32,000 bases of DNA from Enterobacterales bacterium endosymbiont of Anomoneura mori (lineage in GTDB: Bacteria; Pseudomonadota; Gammaproteobacteria; Enterobacterales; Enterobacteriaceae_A): assembly GCF_047159375.1 (NCBI RefSeq), contig NZ_AP031381.1, forward strand, positions 60,001 to 92,000, read 5' to 3'. Positions 30,848 to 32,000 of this stretch are shown in pieces. Both the position numbers and the translations under genes were made by a program. Each line of letters opens with the position of its first letter. Within the stretch, counting starts at the first letter, position 1. Under the pieces are notes generated by a model, which saw nothing but the letters and a program-made list of their open reading frames with translations, did not search any database and was not told the DNA's origin.

Positions 30848-32000
30848 ATGTCAAAAACAATTATGTTAATGCCTGTAAATAATAAATTTAATAATTTATC
30901 TTTAAGTATTATTAATATTCTTAAAAAAAAAAAAATAAAATTTTGTTTTATGAAACCAATTATAAATTTTAAAAAAAAAAATATTATTAAAAAAAAAAAA
31001 AATTGTTTTATATTAAATAATAATAAAATATATACAAAAAAAATAAAAAATTTAACAATTTTAGAAAAAAAAAATATATTAATAAAAGAATTAATTTCTT
31101 ATTATTATAAAAATATTAAAAAATATGATATTTTTATAATAGAAGGATTTTATTTAATTAATAATAATTATAATTATATGTTTTTAAATTATGAAATATC
31201 AAAATCTTTAAATTTTAAAAATATTATTCCATTATTTTTTAATAAATTTATTAATTATAAAAATATAAATAAATATATTAATATAATATATAATAATTTT
31301 AAAAAATATATAAATTTAAAAATTAATAAATTTATTATTAATCAGATTTATAATAATGTAAATATTAAAAAATTTAAAAAAAATAAAAAAGTAAATTATA
31401 TACCATTAAATTCAAATTTATTTTCAATTCGTATTATTGATATTGGTTATTATATTAAATCAAATATAATTAATAAAGGTGAAATATTAACTAAACGTAT
31501 TAAAAATATAATATTTTGTAAAAATAATATTAAAAATATATTTAAATATTTTTGTTTAAATTCATTTATAATAATTTCATTGAATAAAATAAATGAAATT
31601 TTTAAAATTTGTTTATCTGTATATAATGGTATAAAATTAGGAGCAATACTTATAACAGATTATAATGTATCTAATTTATTAATAAAAAAATTTTTAAATT
31701 GTATATTTTTAACAAATTTAACAGTTTTTGTAATTAATAAAACAAGTTTAAAAATTTTTAAAATTATAAAAAAAATAAATTTTAAAATATTTAATAAAGA
31801 TTATATAAATATCAAAAAAACACAAAAATATATTTCTAAATATATAAATTTAAATTTATTTAAATTTAAAAAATATTCAAAATATAAAAATTTTACACCT
31901 AAAGAATTTATTTATAAAATAACAGAAGTTTCCAAAAATATAAATAAAAAAATAATTTTACCAGAAGGTTACGAACCTCGTATTATAAAAGCTGCTAATA
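30848..32000 (+). pseudogene. pta: Phosphate acetyltransferase, N-terminal two-thirds (continues past the window); reading frame broken at least 4 times
   Basis: Not in the ORF track. ATG at 30848 follows AAGGA. MSKTIMLMPVNN..LSLSIINILKKKK matches E. coli Pta MSRIIMLIPTG..TSVSLGVIRAMERKG. That frame then hits TAA at 30935. Conserved peptides continue in other frames: IKFCFMKPI (frame +2), DIFIIEGF..LNYEISKSLN (start frame, stop TAA 31391), VNYIPLNS..IRIIDIG..GAILITDYN (frame +3, stop TAA 31861), and FTPKEF..KKIILPEGYEPRIIKAA (start frame, to the window end). Confidence 0.7.

Noticed and set aside
13969-32000. Explaining the uvrD-like and pta frameshifts purely as homopolymer sequencing or assembly errors
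   Set aside because: I cannot exclude this and list it as the refutation test. It is unlikely as a general explanation. Much longer runs (A19 in rpoB, A16 in rpsT, A12-A14 in rpoC, rplJ and dnaN) are all in frame, and some breaks lie at short T3/T4/A4 runs or involve stop codons.

Overview
This window looks like part of a very AT-rich, strongly reduced genome from an Enterobacterales-derived obligate (insect-type) endosymbiont. Intergenic DNA is almost free of G/C, proteins are rich in K/N/I, and the 16S, 23S, 5S and protein sequences are colinear with E. coli. I cannot name the organism without a database search. dnaN lacking an adjacent dnaA would fit the Wigglesworthia/Blochmannia kind of symbiont, but that is only a guess. 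Every long ORF is a housekeeping gene. In order: fusA (5'-truncated), tuf, grxD, dnaN(-), tRNA-Lys(-), a complete rrn operon (16S, tRNA-Ile, tRNA-Ala, 23S, 5S), rpmA/rplU(-), zwf(-), tpiA(-), ftn, a decayed uvrD-like helicase(-), fdx(-), rpsT, rpoC/rpoB/rplL/rplJ(-), rluD, yggT(-), dnaB, ackA and pta (runs off the window). I found no mobile element, CRISPR array, defence or toxin module, or unexplained multi-gene cluster, so I do not claim a novel system. Four things deserve a second look. (1) Three long perfect A/T-only palindromes (60 bp, 42 bp, and 35 bp with a 1-nt centre) lie in intergenic DNA and are longer than a two-letter background should give by chance. (2) Two genes, uvrD-like and pta (pta is absent from the ORF track), are broken by several frameshifts, most of them exactly at homopolymer runs. 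In each, a short conserved segment sits out of frame between two shifts of opposite sign. (3) In-frame poly(A) tracts of up to 19 nt occur inside essential genes. (4) Smaller items include a CGFS-to-CIFS glutaredoxin, dnaN driven from a tRNA-Lys promoter with no dnaA beside it, tRNA genes without encoded CCA, and a conserved UUG start on rpsT.
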